Positions 34,218 through 45,200 are shown, counted from the stretch's first letter. The stretch is 64,000 bases of DNA from an uncultured Terriglobales bacterium (GCA_964399125.1 CAYNPS010000001.1:20496-84495), one strand, 5' to 3'. Numbers and translations are program-made. The notes: generated by a model from the letters alone, not told the origin.

Positions 34218-35243
34218 ATGAAGGCGCACGTGTGCGTATTGCTGCTCGCTTTTGCTGCCACCATTTTGCTGGTGCAACCTGCACATGCAGATACGGCTGG
34301 CACCCTGTATTACACAACATTTGCCGGTGGAACGAACGTTTGGAGCGTTGCGTTCGACTTCAACGGAACATCACTTAACTTAACAAGCAATACCGGGCTT
34401 GCCCACACCAATGGGGCCGATGGAATTCTGTTTGACCCTGCCGGTAATCTCCTGGTCGCTGGTCAAGGCAATAACCTAAGCGAGGTGACAACAGGCGGGA
34501 CGATCGTGCGAACAGTAGCCCCAGGGAGCGATTCGTACCATATGGCGTTGTCTTCAAGCGCCAGCAACGCGCTGGTTTACAACGTCTGCAACGGGGGCTG
34601 TGGCTCGACGCCTCTGTCCGCAGTCACGCTTTCAGGAGGAAAACTCAGCTCTAACGGTGTTGCGTATTCCGTTCACAATGCCACAGGTGCACTGGTGGAT
34701 TTGCGTGGCATCATCTATGATCCACAAAATAACACTTGGTATTACGGAACGGCTGGCGATGGATCGACCAGTGGCGACTTTGGAACCATAGCGATCAATG
34801 ATGCAACCCACACTGCCATAGTGACGCCGCTTCTTCACAATGTTGCTGCTCATGGTCTCACGTATGATCCCTTCACCGGAAACATCATCTTCAACAGCGG
34901 AACCGAAATTGAGCAGTATAATCCCACGACAGGAACGATCGTCTCGACGCTGAATGTTGCGGGGATGCAATTCGATCAGGCAGCAGTTGACGGGAGCGGG
35001 CATTTGTTTGTCGCATCCAACAATGGCTTCCTTGAGTTCGTAGATTACTCCTCGTCTGACCTGATCGGTGCGGGAACAGATTTCCGCACTAATAAGTTCC
35101 TCAACTCCAACCTAGATGATATTGCGCCGCTTTCGGGGCTCGGCGGCGGGGGGCCGGTAGTTCCAGAACCATCGAGCTTAATTCTACTCGGGACAGGCAT
35201 CGTCGGGCTTGCGGGCGCCCTAAAGCGAAAATTGCAGATCTGA
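34218..35243 (+). CDS. PEP-CTERM sorting-domain protein (beta-propeller-like body)
   Basis: 341 aa with signal peptide LLLAFAATILLVQPAHA. The C-terminus is PVVPEPSSLILLGTGIVGLAGALKRKLQI. Confidence 0.88.
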   Translation: MKAHVCVLLLAFAATILLVQPAHADTAGTLYYTTFAGGTNVWSVAFDFNGTSLNLTSNTGLAHTNGADGILFDPAGNLLVAGQGNNLSEVTTGGTIVRTVAPGSDSYHMALSSSASNALVYNVCNGGCGSTPLSAVTLSGGKLSSNGVAYSVHNATGALVDLRGIIYDPQNNTWYYGTAGDGSTSGDFGTIAINDATHTAIVTPLLHNVAAHGLTYDPFTGNIIFNSGTEIEQYNPTTGTIVSTLNVAGMQFDQAAVDGSGHLFVASNNGFLEFVDYSSSDLIGAGTDFRTNKFLNSNLDDIAPLSGLGGGGPVVPEPSSLILLGTGIVGLAGALKRKLQI

Positions 35244-35407
35244 ACTCTAAGCAGATGTGTTTTGTTCAAAGCCGCTTCATGAGCAGACTGTTACGAAGCT
35301 GTGATCTGATTAACAGACTGCATTAGGAGCGGCTTTTTCGCTTGAGTCGCCGTGACTTCTACAATGTGCCTGCCGCAGTAAGAGTCGGATCCGCTTCAAC
35401 AGCTGAA

Positions 35408-35435
35408 GGGAGCGTCGAAGGTGGCGCTCCCTTTT
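35408..35435 (+). terminator. Candidate intrinsic terminator between convergent genes
   Basis: GGGAGCG-10 nt-CGCTCCC followed by TTTT. Confidence 0.45.
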
Positions 35436-35449
35436 CGTTCATGTACAAA

Positions 35450-37702
35450 CTACTGTACCGTGAAGGTGGTGCTTGCGCTGGCGTTGTTGCTTGCCCCCAC
35501 CGCGTTCCAGGTGCCGGCCGGGTCTTGCTTCTTCAGCTTGTAGCTCAGTTTTGCGACTCCGTTCGAGCCTGTGGTACTGCTCAGACTTACGACCGAGCCG
35601 TTGGACTTGGTGATGGTCCCCGTGACACTGGCGCCTGCTACAGGTGTGGTGCCTTTCATAACGGCAACGCTGATTGCAATCGTCTGGCCTGGGAAATAGA
35701 TGGTGCCGTCCGTGCTAATGGAGACGTTCACTGACGACGCTGTGCTCGGAGCCGGTGCTGAATAGATGGTTTCGCTACCTGAGGCTGAAGTCGCGAACGT
35801 TGTCGCCGATGCATTGGTCGCGCTCGCAGTCACAGTGTAGGTTCCATCGGTGGCGGTACTCGGCGATGATACCGCGAGCGTCACTGGTGTGCTTGTGCCT
35901 GGAGCGAGAGTAAGCGAACTGGAGCTGTAAGCCGAACTCCAGCCCGAAGGAACCGTCGAACCAAGAATGAACGACGACGAACCGCAGGCCGAGCTGTCGT
36001 TATCGGTCACCGTGACAGTGAAATTAGCGGGGCTGCCGGGCGCAACCGAACTCGATGGACTGACTACCGAAAGCGACGGATTGGCAGGGGTGCAGGTCGG
36101 CGTGTTGCTCAACGTAACTTGTACGGACGCTCCTGTGCTGCTAACCGCGGTCGGCGTCAAGCTGATGCCGGCAGTGGAATCGGTATAGCTATTGGCAACA
36201 TCCAGTGCCGGCGAAGTCCAGTTGGTAACGCTCGGCAGCATATTCAGTAACTCGCTGCTGTTGGCGCTTCCGGCAACTCCCTGGTGCACGACTACGCCGT
36301 TCAGCACCTCGGTGTAGCCGCTGCTGAGGAAGTTGTCATAACCTTGCGCTTGCCGTAATTCGACGTAGTAATAGCTATTCGTACTGCCAGACTGAAGAAT
36401 CTTCAATGCCTTTACGCCGGAGTCCTGCGATTCGTAGGGGGCAAGCGTATAGGTCCCGCTGGAAGTTACTGTCTGGATGGGAGGTTGCGTCCCATAGTTG
36501 AGCCAGCCCAGTCGCTCTTTCTGAAAACCATTGAAGTCACCGCCCTGGACGTAATTGGCGTTGCCCATGAAGTCGAGCGTGTCGCCATATTCAACGGAAC
36601 TGCAACTGGTCGCAGCGTACGTAGTGCTGCCGCAGTTCAGGGCATGCGAATGATAAAGTCCGAAGCCGTGTCCCAACTCGTGCGACACATTCATTACCTG
36701 CAGCCCGGAAGTCGAGTTGCTGTAGTCGCGTATCCAAGACTGGCTAGGCGTGCCTCCGATGTAGCTGTATCCCCACCAGGTGCAGGCATTATTAGGAAAT
36801 ATGTACAAAAATCTCTGAAATCCGCTGAGATTGACCCCTGCCGCGGTGGCCGCCTGTTGGGCATAGGTGGCAATGGAACTGACATCGCATGTCGTGTACG
36901 AAACTGGAATGGTGTACCAGCCAAACACGTTTCCGGTAAGCCAGGTCTGTTGGAAGGAGTTTTCCAAATAGTAGCCGCTTGCGCTGTAGGCATCGCTGAA
37001 GATCACTCCCGACGCGTAGCTCGCGGTGAACGGCTGTATGCTTTCATCCTGAAAATTCACCAGAATCACAGCGGTGTTCTGTGCACCGAACGTGTTTGGC
37101 AGAATCGATGTGCTTGCGCTGGTGCTACTTGTGGTCGTTGTTGTCGTCATGCTGCCCGAGGTCGCCAGAGCTTCGCCCACCTGCACGCCCTCAACTTGCA
37201 CGGCCATGCCGGTCAGCAGATTGTTAGGAGCCTGATCGGCAAAATGCAAGGTGAGGCGCTTGCCTGCTACCAGCAGTCCGTAATGCATACGCGAGTAGTT
37301 GCGGCCGTCTTCGACGGCGACTTGCATCTTCCCTTTCAGGCGCACATGCTGCTCCACAAGGTTCTGCAATGCCGAGGGAAATGCGTTGCGCACATTGTCG
37401 GGAAGCGCGGAGGCGATTACCGATCCGGGATCGCTCTCCATCAATGCTGCGAGTTTGGCTTGCCTCTGCGCGGCCACATTCTGCAACGCCTGCAACGCGA
37501 AGGGGCCTGCTGTATCAGACGCGCTTTGCCATACATGCAACTCATGGAGCAGTTGTCCGCTCAGCGCCTGTGGCGATACATTCGAGGGTGACTGCGCCTC
37601 CGCTAACGACGACACGACTGATACTGAAAGAAAACCAATTAGAAGGATCTGCAACCACGTTGCAGCGAAGGAAACACGAGGAAACCGTTCTTTCTTTCTC
37701 AT
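35450..37702 (-). CDS. Secreted zinc metalloprotease (HExxH; gametolysin/M11-like context) with C-terminal Ig/NEW3-like repeats
   Basis: 750 aa with a signal peptide. The active-site block is NVSHELGHGFGLYHSH...EYGDTLDFMGN. The C-terminal third has repeated PGSPANFTVTVTDN / LAPGTSTPVTLAVS beta-sandwich-like modules. The peptidase family assignment is tentative. Confidence 0.7.
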   Translation of the reverse strand: MRKKERFPRVSFAATWLQILLIGFLSVSVVSSLAEAQSPSNVSPQALSGQLLHELHVWQSASDTAGPFALQALQNVAAQRQAKLAALMESDPGSVIASALPDNVRNAFPSALQNLVEQHVRLKGKMQVAVEDGRNYSRMHYGLLVAGKRLTLHFADQAPNNLLTGMAVQVEGVQVGEALATSGSMTTTTTTSSTSASTSILPNTFGAQNTAVILVNFQDESIQPFTASYASGVIFSDAYSASGYYLENSFQQTWLTGNVFGWYTIPVSYTTCDVSSIATYAQQAATAAGVNLSGFQRFLYIFPNNACTWWGYSYIGGTPSQSWIRDYSNSTSGLQVMNVSHELGHGFGLYHSHALNCGSTTYAATSCSSVEYGDTLDFMGNANYVQGGDFNGFQKERLGWLNYGTQPPIQTVTSSGTYTLAPYESQDSGVKALKILQSGSTNSYYYVELRQAQGYDNFLSSGYTEVLNGVVVHQGVAGSANSSELLNMLPSVTNWTSPALDVANSYTDSTAGISLTPTAVSSTGASVQVTLSNTPTCTPANPSLSVVSPSSSVAPGSPANFTVTVTDNDSSACGSSSFILGSTVPSGWSSAYSSSSLTLAPGTSTPVTLAVSSPSTATDGTYTVTASATNASATTFATSASGSETIYSAPAPSTASSVNVSISTDGTIYFPGQTIAISVAVMKGTTPVAGASVTGTITKSNGSVVSLSSTTGSNGVAKLSYKLKKQDPAGTWNAVGASNNASASTTFTVQ

Positions 37703-38054
37703 CTCTCCTGCTTTCTCATCTCTTCTGCAGAAACCCTAAGAAATTCGACGAAGTGAGCAGGGCTTTCGCTACGAGCCTTCAAAGACCCAAAAAGAAACTG
37801 ATTCGTAAACAGACAGCTACAGTGTCTGGCGAAACACAATCTGTTTTGCTTACAAATCCGCCGTTAATTGATAACGGCGTGTTAATAATAGAGTGCGTTA
37901 ACTGCCGTGCCATTTGCATTCTGGTTACCAACTCTTGTGCACACCTGTTACTAACTGGTTCTAATGCACTGTTTCTGGCTACTTAGCCCGGTCGCGAGCA
38001 AAACCCACACGCTGATGATTCCAGTACTGAAAGTTTCACCGTGCGTGTAATTTC

Positions 38055-38191
38055 TGCTTCAGTGCCTGTGGCGATGTATAGCTGCCTGCGCCTCCACAAA
38101 GACCAACACCACTGATAGTGAAAGAAAGCCAATTACAATGATCAGCAACCAGATTGCATGCGGCGGATTGCTGACCAAGGACGTTCTTCAT
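38055..38191 (-). pseudogene. Relic duplicate of the 5' end (signal-peptide region) of the metalloprotease gene
   Basis: 38055..38191 aligns by eye with 37561..37702. Shared strings include TCAG(C/T)GCCTGTGGCGAT, CTGCGCCTCC, ACTGATA(C/G)TGAAAGAAA(A/G)CCAATTA and GCAACCA..TTGCA. The reading frame is broken and ends after about 50 codons. Confidence 0.5.
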
Positions 38192-38632
38192 CTACTGTGT
38201 CCTCTGCTGGCGAGGCGCGATGGTGGAATGAAGTGCTTTCCGAACACCCTAATGCTGCCAGTGGAGACATCACAAGATTGCGGCAGTCCCTGAACCAGGG
38301 GAATCCTCACGGCAAAGCTTTAAGGAAATAGAACGATGACTCAGCAGGAATCCGGGCGAGTACTTTAGTCAGGGAGTCGGGGATTCAAGCGTTTGGATCG
38401 GCTGTGGGCGCTCCAAGGATCTAAAACCCTGTGCACTTCACCATGCTCTGATGGTCTGACAACGGAAACCCCTTTTTGCGAGAACTGCCCACGGTGACGG
38501 ATATCTTCACTGTCTAAGGCAACAAGGTTTTCAGGAAGTAAGACCAACACCCGATCCCATCGCGATCACGCCGGCGATTAACCTACCCTTACGCCACGCC
38601 CGTCTAGCTTCACTTTTGCCATATCGGGAGAA

Positions 38633-40444
38633 ATGATGAGCTGCAATCGGAAAGCAGGCGGGAAGACCGTTCTCGCCACCTCGCTGTTGTTGTTCTCTCT
38701 TTTATTCGTGAGAACATTATTCGCGCATGCCGCGACCACGGCAGCGTCTATCACTTCCCCAACTCCGGGCACCACGCTCGTCGCGAGCACTGAGACTTTT
38801 TCTTGGAGCGCGGGCACGAATATTGCTCAGTATCGTCTGCTGGTAGGATCCTCGGCGGGAGCGTCGAACTATTTCGCGGTCACGACCAGCGCACGCTCGG
38901 CGACTGTTACCACGCTTCCGGCGAACGGCAGCACGGTATATGTGCAACTATCATCAGAAACCAGCCGCGGCAAATGGCTGAGCAAGCAGTACACCTATAC
39001 CGCCTATGGGCAGACGCCTCCGACCCCGGTGCCGGCGGTGATCACCGCTCCGACTCCCGGCTCGAGTCTGAACGGCACCTCGGTCAACTTCAGCTGGAAC
39101 AATGGCACGGGAGTCTCCCAGTACTCGTTGAGCGTGGGTTCGAGCGCGGGCGCGACCGATATTTACAGCGCCAACCAAGGCTCGAATACGACAGCGACCG
39201 TCGGCAACATCCCCCAGGACGGACGCATTCTATACGTCACCCTGGGATCGCTGATCGGGGCTGCATGGACGAACCAGGCCTACACCTACTCGGCGCCGAA
39301 TGCGACCGCGAGCGATCCATGCAGCGGGATTAGCCTCGGCCAAGGTGCCAGTCTCAACGGATTTGTTCCCTTTCCCACCAGCAACGGCTGGAACCAGGAT
39401 ATTTCGGCGGCACCCGTGGATTCGAACTCGGCTGCCGTGATCAGCGCGATTGGCGCGACCGCAGGACTTCATGCGGATTTTGGCTCGGGCACTTGGAACG
39501 GCGCACCCATTGGCATCCCCTACATTGTGGTGGACTCCACCCAGCCGAAAAGCCTGGTAATCATCAACACCTACCCGGGAGAAAGCGATCTGCCGCCGAT
39601 GCCGATCCCCGCCAACGCTCCCATCGAGGGTTATCCGAACCCTGGGGATCAACACGTCATTGTTTTGGACAAGAGCAGCTGTTGGGAATATGACTTGGGT
39701 GGAGCATCAGTGAGCAACGGTGTTTGGAGCGCTGACGTTTCCGCTGTCTGGGATTTGCAGAACGGCGAGAACCGCCCCTACACCTGGACTTCAGCCGATG
39801 CGGCCGGGCTGCCCATCTTCCCCGGCCTGGTGCGCTATGACGAGGTCACAGCCGGTGCCATCAAGCACGCGCTTCGGGTTACGGTGCCCTCGACGAAGCC
39901 GGCTTTCGTGTTGCCGGCGACGCACTGGGCTTCAACCAACGCCAGCTCGCCGATCCCCATGGGAACGCGTCTCAGGCTGAAATCGTCCTACGATATTTCC
40001 AGCTTCTCCGCACCCAATCAGGTGATCTTGAATGCCATGAAGAAGTACGGATTGCTGGTCGCCGACAACGGGAGCGCCATGTTTTTCAGCGGCGTGCCTG
40101 ACAGCCGCTGGGATGACTCCGACCTGCACAACCTGGGAATTATCCCTGCCTCGGCGTTCGAGGTGGTGCAGATGGGAACTCAGTACAGCGCAAGCAACAT
40201 CCCTTCCGGCGCGGCTCCCGTCATTGGTAGCCTGACTGCCTCAGCGATGACGGTACCAGCTGGAACGCCGGTGACCTTGTACTGGGCGGTGACAGGCGCC
40301 TCGTATTCCTACATCAGCCCGCAACTCGGCACGGCGCGCGGCAGCAGCGCCGTTGTCGCTCCCACCGCTACCACGACCTACACCCTGACGGCGACCAATG
40401 CCTTCGGAAGAACGACGGCATCCATCACTATTACGGTTCAGTAG
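38633..40444 (+). CDS. Secreted protein of unknown function (two tandem ~90-aa N-terminal modules, conserved core, C-terminal Ig-like domain)
   Basis: 603 aa with signal peptide LLLFSLLFVRTLFAHA. Tandem modules are ITSPTPGTTLVASTETFSWSAG... and ITAPTPGSSLNGTSVNFSWNNG.... The core contains IKHALRVTVPSTKPAFVLPATHWAS...PMGTRLRLK...YGLLVADNGS. Confidence 0.8.
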   Translation: MMSCNRKAGGKTVLATSLLLFSLLFVRTLFAHAATTAASITSPTPGTTLVASTETFSWSAGTNIAQYRLLVGSSAGASNYFAVTTSARSATVTTLPANGSTVYVQLSSETSRGKWLSKQYTYTAYGQTPPTPVPAVITAPTPGSSLNGTSVNFSWNNGTGVSQYSLSVGSSAGATDIYSANQGSNTTATVGNIPQDGRILYVTLGSLIGAAWTNQAYTYSAPNATASDPCSGISLGQGASLNGFVPFPTSNGWNQDISAAPVDSNSAAVISAIGATAGLHADFGSGTWNGAPIGIPYIVVDSTQPKSLVIINTYPGESDLPPMPIPANAPIEGYPNPGDQHVIVLDKSSCWEYDLGGASVSNGVWSADVSAVWDLQNGENRPYTWTSADAAGLPIFPGLVRYDEVTAGAIKHALRVTVPSTKPAFVLPATHWASTNASSPIPMGTRLRLKSSYDISSFSAPNQVILNAMKKYGLLVADNGSAMFFSGVPDSRWDDSDLHNLGIIPASAFEVVQMGTQYSASNIPSGAAPVIGSLTASAMTVPAGTPVTLYWAVTGASYSYISPQLGTARGSSAVVAPTATTTYTLTATNAFGRTTASITITVQ

Positions 40445-40460
40445 CTACAGGAAACGACCA

Positions 40461-40485
40461 CGCCCGGAGTTTACAACTCCGGGCG
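40461..40485 (+). terminator. Intrinsic terminator after 38633..40444
   Basis: CGCCCGGAGTT-tac-AACTCCGGGCG is a perfect 11-bp stem, followed by CCGTTTCGTT. Confidence 0.6.
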
Positions 40486-40702
40486 CCGTTTCGTTACGCG
40501 GAGGCGTGACCTCGCCTTCTCTCGACCAAAACCGCTCCGCAACTTCAGGAATCTTTTCTTGAGATCAATCTGCTAAAGACACTCACACGTGTGAACAATC
40601 AGGTGACTGAAACGAGAATGCCACGTCACAGTTTTTGTTTCGAGCTTCGTTCTACCCTGTATTGAACTGCAATGATAAATAACCAGAAGGAAAGCTCATA
40701 GC

Positions 40703-41275
40703 CTAGCTGGTTTGTTCTGTGGCTCGAGTTCGTACTACCTTCGCGGGTATACCCACCGCTGTCACGCCGTCCGGCAGATCCGTCACTACAACGGCGTTTG
40801 CGCCGATGCGCACATGACTCCCGACTGTTACGGCTCCCAAAATCTTCGCGCCGGCACCGACAAACAAATCGTCGCGCAAGGTGGGAGACTCATTCCTCTC
40901 CGCTCCAATCGTAACTTGATGCTCGAGTCGCACATTCTCCCCTCCTCGCACCGCGCCGTTGATCACCACACCCAAGCTGTGAATCAGAACAAATCCGGGT
41001 CCGAAATTCGCGCCTCTTCCGATCACGCAATTTCCAAAAATTACATTCAGCTTGTTGAAGAACATTGCTAAAGGAGGAAGATGGAGTTTCTGCGATGCCT
41101 GCATGCAGCGATAGCAGACCATCGCAAAACTCCCATCGGCAACAATTGCTTTTAAGATATTCCGCCCAGAACTCGAGCCATAGACCCACTCCGCCTTGGC
41201 TCTGAAGTCAGCCTTTAGCAGGGCTAGGAGACCTGGCGAATTCGGGGTCGCAGTCGAAGTCTTTTGATCCATCAC
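40703..41275 (-). CDS. Hexapeptide-repeat O-acetyltransferase (serine acetyltransferase/CysE-EpsC-like)
   Basis: 190 aa with a left-handed beta-helix repeat: IGRGANFGPGFVLIHSLGVVINGAVRGGENVRLEHQVTIGA...VGAGAKILGAVTVGSHVRIGANAVV. Confidence 0.8.
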   Translation of the reverse strand: MMDQKTSTATPNSPGLLALLKADFRAKAEWVYGSSSGRNILKAIVADGSFAMVCYRCMQASQKLHLPPLAMFFNKLNVIFGNCVIGRGANFGPGFVLIHSLGVVINGAVRGGENVRLEHQVTIGAERNESPTLRDDLFVGAGAKILGAVTVGSHVRIGANAVVVTDLPDGVTAVGIPAKVVRTRATEQTS

Positions 41276-41307
41276 GAGTTCGAAAACACAGTTATGATGA
41301 AAAGAGT

Positions 41308-41994
41308 ATGCCCGAAACAGTGGAGAAACAATGTACTTCTGCGAGTCGCGCCGCGAACCAAAAGCGCGAGATTTTAGTGGTCCTGAAATTACTTAGCTTT
41401 CTACGATGGATTCTCGCGCTAATCGGTCTGTTCATTGTTCTCGTCACATTCACACCAATTGATCGCTGGTGGGCGCGCTCTTTAGTCGGCCCCTGGGAAG
41501 ACTTTCGTGGGGACACTCTCATCGTCCTTGGCGCCTCCGGCGCCCAGGACGGCATCATCCCTTACGACACCTACGTGCGCTGTGAGTATGCGGTGCGAGT
41601 CTATAGAGAGGGGTGGGTACAGCACCTGCTTGTCTCCGGCGGAGGAGGTCGGCAGCACCCTGTGGCTCTTGCCATGCGCGACTTCCTAATAGGTCAAGGT
41701 ATTCCGCCATCAGTGATTATCACTGAAGATCATTCGAATAGCACACGGGAAAATGCTCTGTTTCTGAAACCTATCTTGGAGCAACTCGGTGGGACTCCCG
41801 TGCTGTTGACGAGTGACTACCATGTATATCGCGCCCTGCGCGTTTTTCGACGGGCCAATGTTCGCTTGAAGGTTCGTCCTGTTCCAGATGTCCTAAAAAG
41901 AAGCTCTTCCGTGCTCGGACGCTGGCCTGCATTTCTGGTCCTCTGCGAGGAAGCGGCCAAGATCACCTACTACAAGGAACGCGGTTGGATGTAA
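41308..41994 (+). CDS. DUF218 / YdcF (ElyC-SanA-like) envelope protein
   Basis: 228 aa with an N-terminal TM helix. Seen: DTLIVLGASG, LLVSGGGG, HSNSTRENALF and LTSDYHVYRA. Confidence 0.8.
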   Translation: MPETVEKQCTSASRAANQKREILVVLKLLSFLRWILALIGLFIVLVTFTPIDRWWARSLVGPWEDFRGDTLIVLGASGAQDGIIPYDTYVRCEYAVRVYREGWVQHLLVSGGGGRQHPVALAMRDFLIGQGIPPSVIITEDHSNSTRENALFLKPILEQLGGTPVLLTSDYHVYRALRVFRRANVRLKVRPVPDVLKRSSSVLGRWPAFLVLCEEAAKITYYKERGWM

Positions 41995-42244
41995 GGAAAA
42001 CGCGCCATCGGACTTGAGGCATTCTTCCTAGAAGCCAACTCGACTGTTGTCTTTATTGGTTTATTTTCTTGGTTTTCCACAACAAATTTCGAACGGAAGG
42101 TATCGGCTTCTCACTTTTTCTGACACTTTAGTGCAGGAGCGTTTTCACCAACAGTCTCTGGCCACGTGGTACCTGTTCGCTTCCTATATCCCTACCTACA
42201 CTTGAAGCGCCTTTTCGTCGGAAAAAAAATAACGGGGTTAATTG

Positions 42245-45200
42245 ATGTCAATCTCTGGTACGCGTTCGTTTTTCCGGTTTTCTGGTGGTTCAAGTACTCG
42301 ATCGGTGACACAATCTTCTGATACTGAGCATCTGTCGAGGATCATATTGACGGGTTTTATTCTAAGCATTGTTTTGTCATTGTTTATCTCATGCGTGGGC
42401 GCAACCGGATCTTCAGCGCCTAAGCTAACAACCGCTTCAGCAACTCCATCATCGCCAACACCAACTCCTTCTCCAAGTCCAACGCCGTCTCCATCACCAG
42501 TTCCCGCTCCGATAAGCGCGACGAGCCCTGAGATTGGTGTGTTTCCAGGATCGATTGCAGTTGCGCCGGGAACGTATCAAACGGTCAGCGCGATGATCAG
42601 CAATGTGGATAACAAAAACGTGAGCTGGGCAACGGACGGAGGCACTCTAGTCGGCACAAATCCTTGTGCAGATGCTATGGCTGCTCCGTGCACAATCGCG
42701 CTTTACAGCACGACTCCTGGAACCTATCACGTAACCGCCACCAGCCTAGCGGATGGAACCGCCAAGGGGACGGCGACAATTACAGTCACCGCTCCTCCGA
42801 CTCCGGTTACGACGCATCCTCGTCTGTATTTCACGCAGGCAGATATCCCCAAGTTGCAGGCCAAGGCGGTTTCCAGCAATCAGGCTTGGACCACGTTACA
42901 AACCATGGCGAATAATTTCTATCCGCAATTCGATAATGGCTGGTCGACAGCTAACGGCGGTGGAGGTTATACGTGCGATGGCGGGAATGGCCAGCCCAGC
43001 GCTGCATTTGTTACATCAGATGAATCCGTGGCATGGGGAGGGCCAGAGCCCGGTCGAGCGGCTATGGTATTCGCACTGATGGCGAATGCTGATCCCAATG
43101 CCAGTAACCGCAGTCGTTGGCAATGCCGCGCGCACGACGTTTATATGTACTACATGACCGAATTGTTAAAGACCAGCTGCAACGCCGGGATTTGTAATCC
43201 GAATATCTTGAACGGCAACCAGGGTGGCGACTGGTCCGACGGAATTGGTCTAACGTACGACTGGATCTACAACTCGTTCTCTTCTTCCGACAAAGCAACT
43301 ATTTTGGCCGCATGGCGCAAGGCCGGTCAGATGATTGTGACACAGAATGGCATTTCCAGTAGTCACCCCATGCCGGTAGGTTCGGTCAACAACCCTGCGC
43401 TGGCTTCAGATTCCAGTTATCAGCCTTTAAGTACGAATGCGTATGGTTACCTCCGCACCACCGCCAATAACTATTACTCGCTGCATTTCACCCAATTGGC
43501 GTCGATGGGAGCAGCCATGGATCCGAGCGACGATGCGACACAAAGCTCGTGCTCGGGAGATCGTTTTACTGTTTGTCCGGACGGATCAGCAAATTCCATT
43601 CAAGCCTATCTTAAGTATGCTGTGGGGGCGTATCTCTACCTCTCTTGGTTGAATTTCGACGATCCTTCGGTCACCACCGGCGCTTACAACAATTCCTTCG
43701 GGAGTTCCTTACAAGCCAGCGCGCAGTGCAGCGCATCTACATATACCACGGTGCCGGCTCGCTGTTTCGGTAACGGTCGAGGTGGTTTAAGCCACGAAGG
43801 ATCGATGTATCTCGGAGCGCTAACAAAGGTTCGAGACACGTTTATCTATCTGCATACCGCCGGATTGGACAATCCCCTCAATTTTGTGGGAAGTGGTACG
43901 GCCATGCCGCAATTGTCATTTGCTAGCTCCGCTTGGTGGGACATGATGGTACAAGGCGCCATGCATCTGACCACTCCTGCTGGTTACAGCACTACTGGCT
44001 TTACCTATCCAACATTGTTCGGATACAACGAAATTAATGCCACCTACGATAATGCCGGTTTTGTCTCGATGATCTTCGCCCAGTTGCTACGATACGATCA
44101 AGTCACAGGTCGAAGTGACCGCAATCAGCAATTGGGGTGGTTATTCTCGTACATGCCCAGTGCTTTCAAGTACCCGCAATTCGCTAGCATTCAGGCAGAC
44201 ATCGTGGTTGACGGATTCTTCGCTGCACCCGCGACCTCAGACGTTTATTCTTCATTTAACTCGGGCGACCCACGTCCTTCGATGCCTAACAATGTTTGGT
44301 CATTAAACTCCGGCCAGTTGATTACCGGAACCGGCTGGGGACTGAGCGATACGATATTTACCGCAATGTGTTCCATCTATCCGACTCAGGACCACGAACT
44401 TGGAACCTGCGGCAGGTTTGCACTTTACCGTAACGGGGATTTCGTCACTAAAGGAGTGGACGGATACGCAGAGAACGACCAGAGTGGGAATCTCTCGGAA
44501 GAACAGCCCGACTATTCTAATATGGCAGCATACTCGAATAGTCCCAATACTTCGCCCTCAGGCTTATGGTATATCGATCCACTCTGGAAGCGCGGCGGAC
44601 AGACGAACCATGGGCAGGGCTCGGGTTTAAACATGATCGCTCACAATGAAATGTCCGCTTACGTATTTGCACATTTTGACCAAACCGGCGGGTACAACTT
44701 TGCTTATCCCACGAATCCGAAACTAGATGTGCAGCACGCTTCGCGCACATTTTTCTGGCTGAAGCGCGATTCAGGAGGCTCTCTGCCCGACTATCTCGCG
44801 ATTTACGATCGAGGTATCACCGGACAACAGGCATTTAAAAAGAACTGGTTTATCGCAACCGGGGCACCTAGCATAAACGGAAAAGATGTCTCCTGGAACA
44901 CCCCTCTAAGCAAGGCGACGGCTTATCTGCACAATTTGTTGCCGGCAGGTGCGGCCGTTTCAAACCAGCCGTTTGAGGCCTCACCTCTCTCTTCGCAAGC
45001 CGACAAAGACTACGCCCCCGCAACTCGTATTTTGATTGATGGAGGTACGCCCACGTCGGTCCGCTTCCTGAACGTGCTCGAAGCAGAGAATTTCGGCGTC
45101 AGCACGACCGGGGCCACACTCGTACAATCAACAGCTGGCACTGCATTTGACGGAGCTGTCATGGGAAACACATCCGTGATGTTCAAGCAGAATATGGGGG

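Noticed and set aside
35269-35336. Long-range pairing AAAGCCGCT ... AGCGGCTTT as a terminator after 34218..35243
   Set aside because: The loop of about 50 nt is too large for an intrinsic terminator. The compact hairpin at 35408..35435 is a better candidate.
36485-37591. 368-aa plus-strand ORF antisense to the metalloprotease
   Set aside because: It is a long antisense ORF of a GC-rich gene. Its Arg/Cys/His/Gln-rich composition has no motifs. The minus-strand protein has a signal peptide, HExxH and domain repeats.
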